Below are positions 38,137 to 49,185 of a DNA stretch of 64,000 nucleotides, one piece after another. The translations under genes were made by a program, and so were the position numbers. Source of the stretch: an uncultured virus (IMG/VR IMGVR_UViG_3300012147_001294). Its lineage: Duplodnaviria; Heunggongvirae; Uroviricota; Caudoviricetes. Each line of letters begins with the position of its first letter. Position 1 is the first letter of the stretch. Below the pieces are notes generated by a model that saw only the letters and a list, made by a program, of their open reading frames with translations, was not told where the DNA came from and did no database searches. The stretch lies in IMG/VR virus record IMGVR_UViG_3300012147_001294. One strand, 5' to 3'.

Positions 38137-39063
38137 TTATATATTAGTAACATTATTAAATGTTTTAGTAAAATCAATTCCAGTTCTTTCTTCTCTAACT
38201 TCGAACAATGGTTTACCAGTAAATCTATCTTTTATTTCATACAAATTAAATTGCTTATAAATATCATTATTAAAATTGTATATAGTATAAATACCATCAT
38301 CAAGGCTTTTTGTTTGATTTCCTAATAAAGCATACGCTAAAGTTTCAATATCGTGTTCAACCATCTCAACCTCAATCATTATTGGATTAAATAATGTGTT
38401 GGTTAAAATTATTTGTTGGTCAGGTTGACCAATAAATGGTAAAGCGTTTGGTCTTACATTAGACGCAGACGCTGGTGATACAGTACAAAAGGAAAGTGAA
38501 GAACTATCATTAAAACGATACCTAATCGCTTTTTGCATTACGTTACTTAAATTCTGGTTTACTGGTTCCGCTCTGTTATTCGAGGTTATTACTCTAAATA
38601 ACCCGTTTAATTTAGCATCTGAAGTACTATTGGGGTTATCGCTTTTCAAATATTCTATTCTATAACCAACTAAACCATCATTTTCGAATTTACTGAGAAA
38701 TTGTGCTGGTAAATTAGAGATGTCAAAAACAAGTCCTTTTATATCTGGATATGCTGATAATACACCAACGTCAACTATTTTTGTTCTGATTTCAACAGGT
38801 TTAATAATTATTGAATAAAAACCTTTAGCACCAAATGTTGCTACTGGTAATTTTAAAGTATACATACCACCAAATACCTCAAAACCAGTAACAGTTTTGT
38901 TTGGGTGGTCAATTTTAATTAATACCTCTGATGGTACTAATCTATTTAAAGTTGTTTCTCCTTGAGAATCCCTAGAAGGGCTGTAGTGATAAAATATCTC
39001 AACATCTTCTGGAGATATATCTGCTGGTCTTACTACGCCATAATTTCCTGTTGCAAAATACAT
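38137..39063 (-). CDS. virion structural protein
   Basis: 308 aa in the structural module. Confidence 0.65.
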   Translation of the reverse strand: MYFATGNYGVVRPADISPEDVEIFYHYSPSRDSQGETTLNRLVPSEVLIKIDHPNKTVTGFEVFGGMYTLKLPVATFGAKGFYSIIIKPVEIRTKIVDVGVLSAYPDIKGLVFDISNLPAQFLSKFENDGLVGYRIEYLKSDNPNSTSDAKLNGLFRVITSNNRAEPVNQNLSNVMQKAIRYRFNDSSSLSFCTVSPASASNVRPNALPFIGQPDQQIILTNTLFNPIMIEVEMVEHDIETLAYALLGNQTKSLDDGIYTIYNFNNDIYKQFNLYEIKDRFTGKPLFEVREERTGIDFTKTFNNVTNI

Positions 39064-39091
39064 GTTTGTTTCTGTTTTTATTTAACATAAC

Positions 39092-39127
39092 TCTTTTTAA
39101 TTAAAAATACATGTTTAATTAAAAAGA
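39092..39127. terminator. AT-rich 14-bp hairpin (terminator or processing site)
   Basis: tctttttaattaaa-aatacatg-tttaattaaaaaga. Confidence 0.5.
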
Positions 39128-39139
39128 TTCATTTGTTGT

Positions 39140-40000
39140 TTATTTATTTATATTATAATAACCATTACCGTATCTAACTAGTTCTGAGATGTTTCCTATT
39201 TCTGCTAATCTTAAATGTGGTCCTAAAAGGTTTATTGCCCCTCTATCTATAAAGATATCGTTTTTTATTTCTGGCGTAGAAATAATGCCAAATAAATAAT
39301 TTTTTTTAATTAATGCAGATAATGAAGTATTCGTCATATTCCAACCTTCATTAACAAACATAAAAGTACTATAGGGGATATTTCTGTTCGTATTGGGATT
39401 TTGAGGTTCACTATAAAAATCCATGTATTGAATACCGTTAGTTTGCTCTAAAGTACCTATTTTATCGTCATCTACTGTATCAAATACATATATTTTAGGT
39501 TCATTCATTGAAATAATCCTATTTACACCTATAACACTTAAATCCTTATAGTTAACATAGGTTTCACTCCCTACGTTAAAATTTGTTCTAAATGGGTCTG
39601 ATGTTTTATATGTTCTTAAGTCCTCTAATTTACTATCAGTCGTCCCGCTTAATCTTTTATTTAAAGTTGAGTAGTAAGACGTTTCGTCAATACTTGGGAC
39701 CCTTAAAGTCACTTTTTCTGTTTCACTTAGATTAATTGGGTATCTAGTTGGTACACTCATAAATGGAAACGTTAAATTTGATTCATTTAGTTTTGAAACC
39801 AAAATAGAATAGTCTGGGATTTCATTTACCTTGTTTTTAGGAATAAAATCAATATCGGTAAATAAACCCATATCATCTATATTTTGAGTCAACATAACTT
39901 TAATATAGAATGTAGTTGCTGTTAAAGTTCCCCAATTTTCACTTCCTGCTTCTCTATTTATGCTAGACTCCAAATGTATTTTTCTTTTAATTGTTTCCAT
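39140..40000 (-). CDS. virion structural protein
   Basis: 286 aa, coupled; IFIDRG...VRYGNGYY C-terminus. Confidence 0.6.
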   Translation of the reverse strand: METIKRKIHLESSINREAGSENWGTLTATTFYIKVMLTQNIDDMGLFTDIDFIPKNKVNEIPDYSILVSKLNESNLTFPFMSVPTRYPINLSETEKVTLRVPSIDETSYYSTLNKRLSGTTDSKLEDLRTYKTSDPFRTNFNVGSETYVNYKDLSVIGVNRIISMNEPKIYVFDTVDDDKIGTLEQTNGIQYMDFYSEPQNPNTNRNIPYSTFMFVNEGWNMTNTSLSALIKKNYLFGIISTPEIKNDIFIDRGAINLLGPHLRLAEIGNISELVRYGNGYYNINK

Positions 40001-40848
40001 TATAATGCATTTATTTGATATAAATTTATTATTGTATTTTTAGTCGTGTGTTCAACATTAGTGAACGCACCAACACTAAGATTACCTTGATAAGTAGAAT
40101 CAACTTCGTAAAAGTATCCCTTACTAGTTCTAGTCAATATAAATCTAGTATAAAGTTCGTGTAATAATTTATCTATAAATTGTGGTGTGTTTTTAACCAT
40201 TAAGTTAGTTGACTTACCTGTTTTAGCATTTTTAAAACCAGCTCTCATGTAAAGATATTTTTCTTCACCTATTTTTAAACTATCTTTATAATCGTATAAA
40301 TAATAACCTTCTGCGAAACCTCTTGGTGAAGTTAATGGGTTGTCCAATATAAAATTTATTGGTATATTTGATACGTCTTTTGGTTGTCCTGAACTTGAGA
40401 TAGATTGACTAGATGGTAAAAAATCTCCAGTGTTTAAATTAGCATACAAACTTGCATTGGTTACTATATTTTGAGTCATTGGATTATCACTATCATAAAA
40501 AAGTAAACTTAAAAATGTTTGTTTAAATGAACTTTTTCTGAATTTAATATCTTCGTTATCGAAACCAATAAGACCAAATGTATCCACATATTGTCCTTCA
40601 TTTAACATATTAATTTTATAGATAATTTTATCTAAAGGTCTACCACTTGAATTTATTGGTGAAAACCTAGTTCTATCATAATCTAATATCGAATTAATCG
40701 CTTTTTCAACTTCAACTTCAACAAATTCTTTTTCAATTAACTCAGAATTATCAACTACTTGATATTCCATTGGTATCGTGAAATTTATTGTTGTCGCTGA
40801 GACCCCATTAAATGAAGATAGAGGTATCTTAAATTTATTAACATTCAT
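40000..40848 (-). CDS. virion structural protein
   Basis: 282 aa, coupled. Confidence 0.6.
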   Translation of the reverse strand: MNVNKFKIPLSSFNGVSATTINFTIPMEYQVVDNSELIEKEFVEVEVEKAINSILDYDRTRFSPINSSGRPLDKIIYKINMLNEGQYVDTFGLIGFDNEDIKFRKSSFKQTFLSLLFYDSDNPMTQNIVTNASLYANLNTGDFLPSSQSISSSGQPKDVSNIPINFILDNPLTSPRGFAEGYYLYDYKDSLKIGEEKYLYMRAGFKNAKTGKSTNLMVKNTPQFIDKLLHELYTRFILTRTSKGYFYEVDSTYQGNLSVGAFTNVEHTTKNTIINLYQINAL

Positions 40849-42631
40849 CTGCTGTACTTTCTGTATTAATTGAAAATCTATCTGTTATTCTATCACCAGT
40901 AGGGTCGGCTGGGAATTTACTGTAGTAAAGTTTCCATAACCCAAATTGGTCTTGTCTTGTTAATGCAAAGGTTTGACTATTATATAAATAGTGAACACCA
41001 TTTAAAAATGGGTAATCAATCGATTGAGAATCCGTTTCGTTAAAACCAATATCTAATAAATCCCTCCATAAAATTCTACCATCATCCATTTCTTTAGCAT
41101 ATAATGGAATCCCATCCGTATCCGAATCACCCTCTTCTATGTAATTGGAAAACTCCCTAATTTTTATTTTATGATGCGGTTGATAAAAATATCCTTCTTG
41201 TCTTGGTCCTAGGTTTATTTGTTCGTTAGTGTTAAATAACTTATTTTTTAAGTAGGTGATAGGTGATGACGATTCTCTATTTATTGTGTTAAATCTATGT
41301 GAAATAACAGCTAAAATAGTTTCATCCAATAATGTTTCATTGTACTCCACTAAATCCCCATAAAATTCGTTATTATTCGTAAACCCATTATTATTATCTA
41401 TCATAACGTTATTTTCAAATGGTGTATGTGATTTAAAAGGAATAGAACCACCATTATGAATTTTGTTTATAACTGGAACTGATTGTAAATACTCATGAAA
41501 CCCACTATCGTTTAATCTTTCTAAAAAGGGTGTTTCAATCCCAGAAGATACATTCGTAAATAAACCATTACTAGAGGTTTTTATAGTAGTAACGTAAATC
41601 TCGCTAATAGGTCTACCTAGATTATCGGTTAAACCATTAACATCAATATCTTCATTTAAAACATATTGAACTATTTGGTCATTAAAGATATTTTGACTAA
41701 AACCTAATTGATAAGATTCATAATCATCTGATTCCATATATTCCGACAATCTAGTTTTTATTTTTGAAAATTTTCTAAAATAATATTCAGATTCTGATTC
41801 GTTTACTATTTTTTTAAACCTAGATGAATTACTTATCGCACCTGTATTTGGAGCATTAATTGTAAAATAATAATTTTTGTAATCACCATTATCTAAACCA
41901 ACTGAAACCACTTCGTGAATACCATTATACCCACTAGTTCCAGTAATTTTAACGGTATCCCCAATAGTTAAATTATGGTTACAAGCTATCCCAAATGCAG
42001 TCATTTCTTTTGTTGAAACAGTTACTGTTTTAGTTTCAATAATTAGAAGACCACCGTTAACCATTGGGTGTGCTCTATCAGCCGATTTTGGATATGTTAT
42101 CACAATTTCCCAGTTTTTTACTGGAGTATTTTCTGATGTTTTTATTAGTGGGTTATTGTCTGGTAGAAACGAAAATCTACTTCTTTTTGGCTCCATATCA
42201 TTAAAACCACAAACCCCCTTTATATTTTTGTTTGGTTCGTAATAACCGAACCAACCATCTTTTTCTTTTAGATTATTAGTAATGGATTCATTAAAATATA
42301 AATCGTTACTATCCATTATGCTGTTATTTTTAGGTAATGTTTTATCTAAAAATTCAATTTTATTAAACCCAGCTATGGTGTTTTTATCTAATAAAATTGA
42401 ATTAGTTAAATTAAACAATGGGTTAGAAACCAATGGGTTTATTGTTCCAATTAAACGATAGAAACTACATCTTTGTCTTTCAGTATTAAACCTATCTGCA
42501 AGATTTACTATTCGATTTATCTCGTTAGTTGGTAGAAGTTTATTTTTACCACTAATATTTAAATTTAATAAAACATCTTTATTAACGGAATCTTTTGATT
42601 TCTCATTATTTAATCTTTGTTGAATTCTCAT
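40838..42631 (-). CDS. virion structural protein
   Basis: 597 aa; HNLTIGDTVKI beta-barrel insert; WRDLLDIGF...YPFLNG. Confidence 0.6.
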   Translation of the reverse strand: MRIQQRLNNEKSKDSVNKDVLLNLNISGKNKLLPTNEINRIVNLADRFNTERQRCSFYRLIGTINPLVSNPLFNLTNSILLDKNTIAGFNKIEFLDKTLPKNNSIMDSNDLYFNESITNNLKEKDGWFGYYEPNKNIKGVCGFNDMEPKRSRFSFLPDNNPLIKTSENTPVKNWEIVITYPKSADRAHPMVNGGLLIIETKTVTVSTKEMTAFGIACNHNLTIGDTVKITGTSGYNGIHEVVSVGLDNGDYKNYYFTINAPNTGAISNSSRFKKIVNESESEYYFRKFSKIKTRLSEYMESDDYESYQLGFSQNIFNDQIVQYVLNEDIDVNGLTDNLGRPISEIYVTTIKTSSNGLFTNVSSGIETPFLERLNDSGFHEYLQSVPVINKIHNGGSIPFKSHTPFENNVMIDNNNGFTNNNEFYGDLVEYNETLLDETILAVISHRFNTINRESSSPITYLKNKLFNTNEQINLGPRQEGYFYQPHHKIKIREFSNYIEEGDSDTDGIPLYAKEMDDGRILWRDLLDIGFNETDSQSIDYPFLNGVHYLYNSQTFALTRQDQFGLWKLYYSKFPADPTGDRITDRFSINTESTADEC

Positions 42632-45600
42632 TGTGGTAGGGTTATGTTAATGGATATGGTATTTGAAACACAACCCTTATTATCTATTACTCTTACTTTT
42701 ACTGTACAGTTAGTGGCGTTTTGACCATTAACTTGTGCAACGTTTCCAGTAATTAATTGTTCGTTAGTAATCATTGTTGTTGTTTGTTCAGAACCAATAA
42801 CTTGACTAGGTGTTTGACCACCAATTAGTCTTCTTGCTGTTACTTGATATTTCACCTCGTAAGGTCCTCTATTTACTTCATTTGACAATAAATGACTAAT
42901 ATTAAATTTAAACTTAACTGTTGAATTTGAAAGTTGTATAACTTGGTTACCCGCAACTATCATTAATGGAACTAATGGGAGTATCATTTCTGAAGTATCA
43001 ATTTCTATTATTTCACTAAAGCATGTATATTCAATGTTGGCCATCCTTAGTTCCATACCACCAAACGGGAGTTTAGTTCTTGGTATGTTAAAGGTTAAAA
43101 CACTATCACTATCAATGTAACCATTAACAGTTATTCGTTTCCAATCTTCAGAAGAATTTAATGAATACTGAATATAAACTTGTGACCCACTGTAAGGTGA
43201 AGTAACTTTAAATTTAATAACATACTCAGTTGCACTACATTGACGAGCTAGTGTAGTCTCATCTGCTTTTTCTATTTCCATAAATGGTGTAATACTGATA
43301 ATTTCTATCTCTTCTTGTACAGTCGTATTAAAATTATCAGTAACCTTAATGGTGTATCGACCATTTGCTAAATTTTGATTAGACAAATCAAAATTCTCGT
43401 AACCATTATCAGCAGTCACATAGGTAACAAACGGTCGTTGACCACCTACTATTAAAGTGTTTATTATACCGATTGTATCACCAAAACAAAGATTATCCTG
43501 TTTAGTGAGTGCTAACGTAAATAATGATGCACCTGAAACAACTAAACCCGTAATTATTATCGACCCACCAACTGAATCAAAAACAATTAATCTATAATCA
43601 TCTTGGGGTAAATCACGTATAGTTATAGGTGACACATAGAGTTCATTAGTAATTATATTATCACCACTACTATTTTTTAAAGTATAAGTATATGGGGAAG
43701 TACCACCACCAATATTAGATAAACTAATTTCTCCATCGGGAGATAAAACACTTGTACTATTTTTATTAACACTTGCGTCAGCAAATAAACTAAGTGGGTT
43801 ACTAATAGTAAACGATTGATTTACAGGTACACCGTTTGAATCACTAGAAGATATTGTATATATTCCTATAGTTAAACCAGTAATTGTTACAGTTGATTCA
43901 GTTGAACCACTAAAACTATACCCATTCGGGCCACTTAAAACAAAAGTATAGTTTGGTGAACCACCAACAAATGTTATTACAACTGTACCATCTAATGTCC
44001 CGATTGCCGAAACCGCAGTAGTTGAAATTAAAATATTGAATTCAGAGACAATTGTTGGGTCACAATAATTAAAAAATGATTGTTTCAATTTACCTAAACT
44101 ATTTTTTCTTGGAGATAAACCAAAATAAAAATAATATGAGTTTTCGTATTGTCCAAAGTTCTTATCACCCACAATCACACCACCTTTTCTGTAGTTTCTA
44201 AAATCAATATATTCAAAACCGTTTACCTTTTCTCCAGTTACTTGATTTACAGCTGTGAAATCATAAATAGAGTCATTTAAAAGGTTAAAATTTGTGTTAA
44301 AACCACTTCCATATAATTCTTCAAGTTTCCATTTTTTTCGGTCTTTATTTAATGCATAAAAAGCGTCTCTAAACCATTTTACTCTTGAACCATCAGTTAC
44401 GTCAATGTCGTCAATACCAATGTTTGTATCAGCTTTGCTACCACCTTCATCTTCTCTATTTTTGTCATTTTCAACTCCGTATTCGCATATATGTCTCATA
44501 TTTAGACATTGTCTATAGTCGCTTCGTAAACCAAAACAGTCTATGTTGAAAAATAAACTTCTATCTTCTCCGTTACCAACTTTGACTTGACCAGTCTCAC
44601 TTACTTTATCATTTTCAATTAAATTTATGTCTGGTGGTAGTTTATATGTTGTTGAAACTAAATCATTAACTAAGTTTGGAACACCTTGCCAATCGCATTC
44701 AAATACTGACCCCAATAAAATAATATCAGTGGCAAATAATTTCAAACTACCATCGTGCGTTGACCCAGCATAAAAGAATTCATCGTTTTTCTTTTTAACT
44801 AAACCTTCCCTTATTGATGACGATTGTTCAGCCTCTTCAGAACGTTTACCACCAGAAAAACAACTATCCACTAACCTATTATTAAAACATTTATTGTCAG
44901 GGATACCATCTTCATTGTTGTCAACTCCACCAGCACTTATACCAAAATCTCGACAATCATACTCGCAGAATAGTTCACGTCCTTTATTTCTTTTTGATTT
45001 TGAAATAACAAATGAATATAAAGAACCATTAATCCAATCATTATAAAAATCGAATTTAAATAACTCTAAAGATTTAGCCATTTCAAAAGCGACACAATCA
45101 GATAAACCACATAAATCAAATATGTCATTAGTGCCATGACATATATCATCAACACCTTCCAAAGTACTTAACGTAGTTTTACCTAAACCTATTGGTATGC
45201 GTCCTCCTAAACAACCAGGTGCATAAATCCTAGCATTTTCGCCACAAGTAGCATGTAGACAAGGAACATACTTTAATGGGGTTATTGGTTTAAAACACAG
45301 AATCTTAAGCAACCTAATGATTCTAGCAGCACGACATAAGCTACCAGTAATAAGGTTTATAATACGAATTATCGTAATATTTAATGTGTAAATCAACGTA
45401 TTAATAATAGTGATTATTGCTGAGTTGATTATAAACATTATATAACCAACAATTTGGATTAATAGACAGATAATGAAAAACAAAGCAGTAAATTTTACGT
45501 TCACTTTATTATACGGGAACGGTGTTTTATCTCCTATGCAATCATCCACATTCTTTATTCCAGTTATTTGTCTTCCACCACCTGAAAACCCACTAGTTTG

Positions 45601-46854
45601 GAACCTTGAAATATAATTTGATACCGAATATATTTTATTCCAATATAAATCCCTAAAACTAGTTTCTTTTGTTAATACACCAAACTCATAATCTACTTCA
45701 TCTGATTTTGTTGGGTTATTCGGAACTAAATATTTAGCTCTAGCGTTCTGATTAGGATTAATAGAATCATCCATACTAATTTTAAATCTAACCGAAGCCT
45801 TGGTAGGGATACCCTTATTTGGGTCGTCAGAAAGCGTAAGTTCGCCAAATTCATCAGTAATCACATAATCTAAATTCATTGGTACTTGATAAGCCCAAGA
45901 ACCATTTTCATCAATAAGTTGTCCACCGTTTACTGTAAATTCTTCAATCTCACCATTAATTGTTTTACGAATCATATCAATAGTCCCTTCACTACTTATT
46001 TGACGACACAAAATACCTAATCCTTTTCTAGGTGTACAACTTTGAGTTACTGCTGCTTGTTCTTGGTCCCCAAATATACTACCCATAAAGATAGCTGATG
46101 GTTGTATGGTGTAATTTAAATCTAAATCAACTCTTGTTATACCTATCTCGCAATTGTCTATATCACCCCAAAAAGGTTGTACGTTAACACCAATATTAGC
46201 TGATTTTACCTGAACTAATTTATCTAAATTGGTCCCACCCTTAAATTTTGTTGTTGTTTCGAATAAGTTAACTTGTGCTCCTTGAGAAATACTATCATAA
46301 GGTCTTTGAGATGCTATACCAATATCTGATATATCAGCATCTACATGAATTGTATGGTTACCAACTGGTACACCAAAAATCATGAAATCTCCAGCGTAAT
46401 TTGTTGTTGTGGTAAATTTATAATATTTTGAATAAATTTCAAATGTTTCTGGGTTATCTAAAATTTCTCTTTTTGATGGGAAAGTACCAATTGGTGTAAA
46501 ACAAGGGTTTCCGTTGTCTGAATTGGTTGGAAGTAAATTATATCTAACCCCAAAAAAATCCTTGTCACTAACTATGTCATAAGGATAAAGGTTTTTAATT
46601 TCTGAATTTTCATTATCGATTTCATCTATTGGTATAAAAACACTAACCTTGGCGTTTGGAACACCAAAACCACTATTCATTATCACCCTACCAGTAACAA
46701 CACCGTAATCAGAACAAAAGTTTCTATACGCATCTTCTTGTGATATTTTTAGTGAAAGAATCTCAATAAAATCAAAATCTTGTTCTAGTTTTACCTTTAA
46801 ATATTTATCCCCTCCATTAGGCTTAGTCCTAATCCTAACAGTGTTGTTAGACAT
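42628..46854 (-). CDS. large structural protein with hydrophobic segment and SprB-like repeats
   Basis: 1408 aa; GGSPNYTF, GGTSPYTY, CFGD..G.I...GGQRPF...Y.I.V.D repeats. Confidence 0.65.
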   Translation of the reverse strand: MSNNTVRIRTKPNGGDKYLKVKLEQDFDFIEILSLKISQEDAYRNFCSDYGVVTGRVIMNSGFGVPNAKVSVFIPIDEIDNENSEIKNLYPYDIVSDKDFFGVRYNLLPTNSDNGNPCFTPIGTFPSKREILDNPETFEIYSKYYKFTTTTNYAGDFMIFGVPVGNHTIHVDADISDIGIASQRPYDSISQGAQVNLFETTTKFKGGTNLDKLVQVKSANIGVNVQPFWGDIDNCEIGITRVDLDLNYTIQPSAIFMGSIFGDQEQAAVTQSCTPRKGLGILCRQISSEGTIDMIRKTINGEIEEFTVNGGQLIDENGSWAYQVPMNLDYVITDEFGELTLSDDPNKGIPTKASVRFKISMDDSINPNQNARAKYLVPNNPTKSDEVDYEFGVLTKETSFRDLYWNKIYSVSNYISRFQTSGFSGGGRQITGIKNVDDCIGDKTPFPYNKVNVKFTALFFIICLLIQIVGYIMFIINSAIITIINTLIYTLNITIIRIINLITGSLCRAARIIRLLKILCFKPITPLKYVPCLHATCGENARIYAPGCLGGRIPIGLGKTTLSTLEGVDDICHGTNDIFDLCGLSDCVAFEMAKSLELFKFDFYNDWINGSLYSFVISKSKRNKGRELFCEYDCRDFGISAGGVDNNEDGIPDNKCFNNRLVDSCFSGGKRSEEAEQSSSIREGLVKKKNDEFFYAGSTHDGSLKLFATDIILLGSVFECDWQGVPNLVNDLVSTTYKLPPDINLIENDKVSETGQVKVGNGEDRSLFFNIDCFGLRSDYRQCLNMRHICEYGVENDKNREDEGGSKADTNIGIDDIDVTDGSRVKWFRDAFYALNKDRKKWKLEELYGSGFNTNFNLLNDSIYDFTAVNQVTGEKVNGFEYIDFRNYRKGGVIVGDKNFGQYENSYYFYFGLSPRKNSLGKLKQSFFNYCDPTIVSEFNILISTTAVSAIGTLDGTVVITFVGGSPNYTFVLSGPNGYSFSGSTESTVTITGLTIGIYTISSSDSNGVPVNQSFTISNPLSLFADASVNKNSTSVLSPDGEISLSNIGGGTSPYTYTLKNSSGDNIITNELYVSPITIRDLPQDDYRLIVFDSVGGSIIITGLVVSGASLFTLALTKQDNLCFGDTIGIINTLIVGGQRPFVTYVTADNGYENFDLSNQNLANGRYTIKVTDNFNTTVQEEIEIISITPFMEIEKADETTLARQCSATEYVIKFKVTSPYSGSQVYIQYSLNSSEDWKRITVNGYIDSDSVLTFNIPRTKLPFGGMELRMANIEYTCFSEIIEIDTSEMILPLVPLMIVAGNQVIQLSNSTVKFKFNISHLLSNEVNRGPYEVKYQVTARRLIGGQTPSQVIGSEQTTTMITNEQLITGNVAQVNGQNATNCTVKVRVIDNKGCVSNTISINITLPQ

Positions 46855-46866
46855 ATTTTGTTTTTT

Positions 46867-47205
46867 TTATTTATTCGTTATATCCTCAACGTTTAACATT
46901 AAATATTCGTCATCGTCATCATCTTCGTCATCGTAATAATCGTCTTCGTTATTTTTATCTTTTTTATTATAAAGTTTTTTCCATTTATTAATACTTTGAA
47001 CGAAATCAACTTTTTTATTTAAAACAATCACATCAAACATAAACCATATAACCGCCAACATTATTATCGGTAATAACATTAAACCAATCAAAAATCCGAT
47101 AAATTTAATAATATATTTAATTATATTGGAGTCATCCCCCCTCATTTTTTTATCCGACACTACAAGATTATCACTAATAGTATCACTTTTACATCCACAA
47201 CCCAT
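46867..47205 (-). CDS. small membrane protein (MGCGCK N-terminus, acidic tail)
   Basis: One long hydrophobic segment. Confidence 0.6.
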   Translation of the reverse strand: MGCGCKSDTISDNLVVSDKKMRGDDSNIIKYIIKFIGFLIGLMLLPIIMLAVIWFMFDVIVLNKKVDFVQSINKWKKLYNKKDKNNEDDYYDDEDDDDDEYLMLNVEDITNK

Positions 47206-47250
47206 ATTTTTTTTTATTAAATATAATGTTTATTTTACAAAAGGAAAATA

Positions 47251-49068
47251 TTACCTAACACGAATTTGAATATCTTTTGATGGGTTCTTAATTTCAAACA
47301 TTGTTGTTGGTTCGCCAAATACAGTAGCGTCACTAGATAAAGATATTTCTCTAGTCTGCTGGTCAATATATTCTTGAGAAATTTCATTTAAACTATACTC
47401 ACCTCCAACCTTATTTATTACTCTAATATCCATAACGTTTAACACACCACCAACATTGTTAATTAGTTCTATTAATTGAGACATATATATATTATCACCC
47501 ATTTGAAATTTATTTATATCCATATAATTTCTAATCTCAGTTATGACTTGACTCATAATTTGAGCTTGTGGGAATTGTTTGTCGATGTATAAATCAACCT
47601 CAAAAGCTAAATTAACAATTCTACCATTACTAACCTGAATATAATCATTAAGCATTTTATAGTCAGCTAAATAGGTTACAATATTTTCATTTAGAACACT
47701 AGTAGAATTATTTGATAATTTACCGTTACTATCTAGACCTAAAATATATATTTTTATTTTATTTTGTTCTTCTAACACACCGCATCTAAAGGGTATACCG
47801 AATTTTCCTGGCATTTTAGATATTCTGGTCTGGTAATCTTTAATTGTAACCGCTCTATTTTGAGAAGCAAAATTATAACGTACCATGTGTTTTATTTCAT
47901 CTACACTTGGTGCATCTTTACCACCTAAAGCTGGAAATAAATTGTTTACCTTTAATGAATCCCTTACAGCTTTATTTTTTGCTTGGTCAACACCGTTAAT
48001 GATTAGATTTAAAATACCTAGACTATTAATTATGTTTGGACCTAAATTAGTGTTAGCACCACCACCTACTCTGTATCTAATAAACATAGTATTGTTAGCA
48101 CTCGGAACGGTACCCAATGACAAATTATTAATAAAATTACCAATTTGATTCACTAAAGCCGCATTTGAATCGAATTCATTTAAACTACTAGTATCTTGCG
48201 TACCAGCACCGAATATTAACTTTGTAAAACCTAAATCAGTGTATTCACTGATGAATTTTTTTGTGACTGAAATCCATTTTCCTGGTCTTGCCATAGAAGC
48301 GTCAGATATTTTAGTTATATCTTCTACAAATATTTTATCTTCAGCCAACGCATCTACTTCATACCATCTATTGTTAGCATCAACAAATTTATCTATTGTT
48401 GGTTCTGAACTAAAACTAGTGCCTTGTAAGGTAATAACTGAATCAATTGATAGAACATTGTCCTCTGGTAATATTATCTCAAGAAAAGGTCTCACATCAC
48501 CTTGCGTTAACACTCTTTTTAAAATTCTAGTATAACCGTTAGTTACTATTTCTCTTTTTATTAAAGTATAGTTAATTAAATTACCATTTGAATTAAAATT
48601 TGGTATTATTAATCTGTTTGGAATACCACCAAGTGTAAATGGATTAGAAAAATCAATGTCTGATGTGGTTTCAAATACTTTACCACCACCAGAAACTTGA
48701 GCACCACTTTTAATTATTGGTGTGTATGATAGGTCAAAAGTATCACCGTTTATTGGAACAGTTATGTTAAAATCAACAATAGTAACACTAGGTCTTTTTC
48801 CAGGTATCTTTAACCCAAAAGTTCTAGCCATTGACAAAACTGACTTTCTTTCTCTAGCATAGTCTATTTGCGTTTCTTGGAACATCCTATCAGTATTTAC
48901 CGATAACATATCTCCAACGGCAGCGTTTAATTCTAAAAGCATCATACCTACTGATGCATCATTAAAATCGTTAAAAATATCTGGATAATATTGTCTAACC
49001 ATACTTACTAATTCAGTACGTATATCTGCGAAATTTCTTGCCGTATAACCGATTCCCTTATTTGCCAT
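47251..49068 (-). CDS. baseplate wedge subunit (T4 gp6 / Baseplate J-like)
   Basis: RNFADIRTEL, DFNDASVG, YRVGGG, GGKD, QNRAVTIKDY. Confidence 0.88.
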   Translation of the reverse strand: MANKGIGYTARNFADIRTELVSMVRQYYPDIFNDFNDASVGMMLLELNAAVGDMLSVNTDRMFQETQIDYARERKSVLSMARTFGLKIPGKRPSVTIVDFNITVPINGDTFDLSYTPIIKSGAQVSGGGKVFETTSDIDFSNPFTLGGIPNRLIIPNFNSNGNLINYTLIKREIVTNGYTRILKRVLTQGDVRPFLEIILPEDNVLSIDSVITLQGTSFSSEPTIDKFVDANNRWYEVDALAEDKIFVEDITKISDASMARPGKWISVTKKFISEYTDLGFTKLIFGAGTQDTSSLNEFDSNAALVNQIGNFINNLSLGTVPSANNTMFIRYRVGGGANTNLGPNIINSLGILNLIINGVDQAKNKAVRDSLKVNNLFPALGGKDAPSVDEIKHMVRYNFASQNRAVTIKDYQTRISKMPGKFGIPFRCGVLEEQNKIKIYILGLDSNGKLSNNSTSVLNENIVTYLADYKMLNDYIQVSNGRIVNLAFEVDLYIDKQFPQAQIMSQVITEIRNYMDINKFQMGDNIYMSQLIELINNVGGVLNVMDIRVINKVGGEYSLNEISQEYIDQQTREISLSSDATVFGEPTTMFEIKNPSKDIQIRVR

Positions 49069-49078
49069 CTTAATTATT

Positions 49079-49086
49079 TATAAATA
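49079..49086 (-). promoter_or_regulatory. putative late promoter TATTTATA
   Basis: 10 nt upstream of the baseplate ATG. Confidence 0.6.
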
Positions 49087-49150
49087 AATATAATCATTTA
49101 ACTTTATTTGTAAATAATTGTTTATTTACAAATAATTAATTATTTTTTCG

Positions 49151-49158
49151 TACATTTG
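49151..49158 (+). promoter_or_regulatory. Bacteroidota-type -7 element (TACATTTG) for the endonuclease gene
   Basis: TAnnTTTG on + strand upstream of the ATG at 49186. Confidence 0.65.
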
Positions 49159-49185
49159 CGTAGTTATAATAAAGAAACAATAAGT

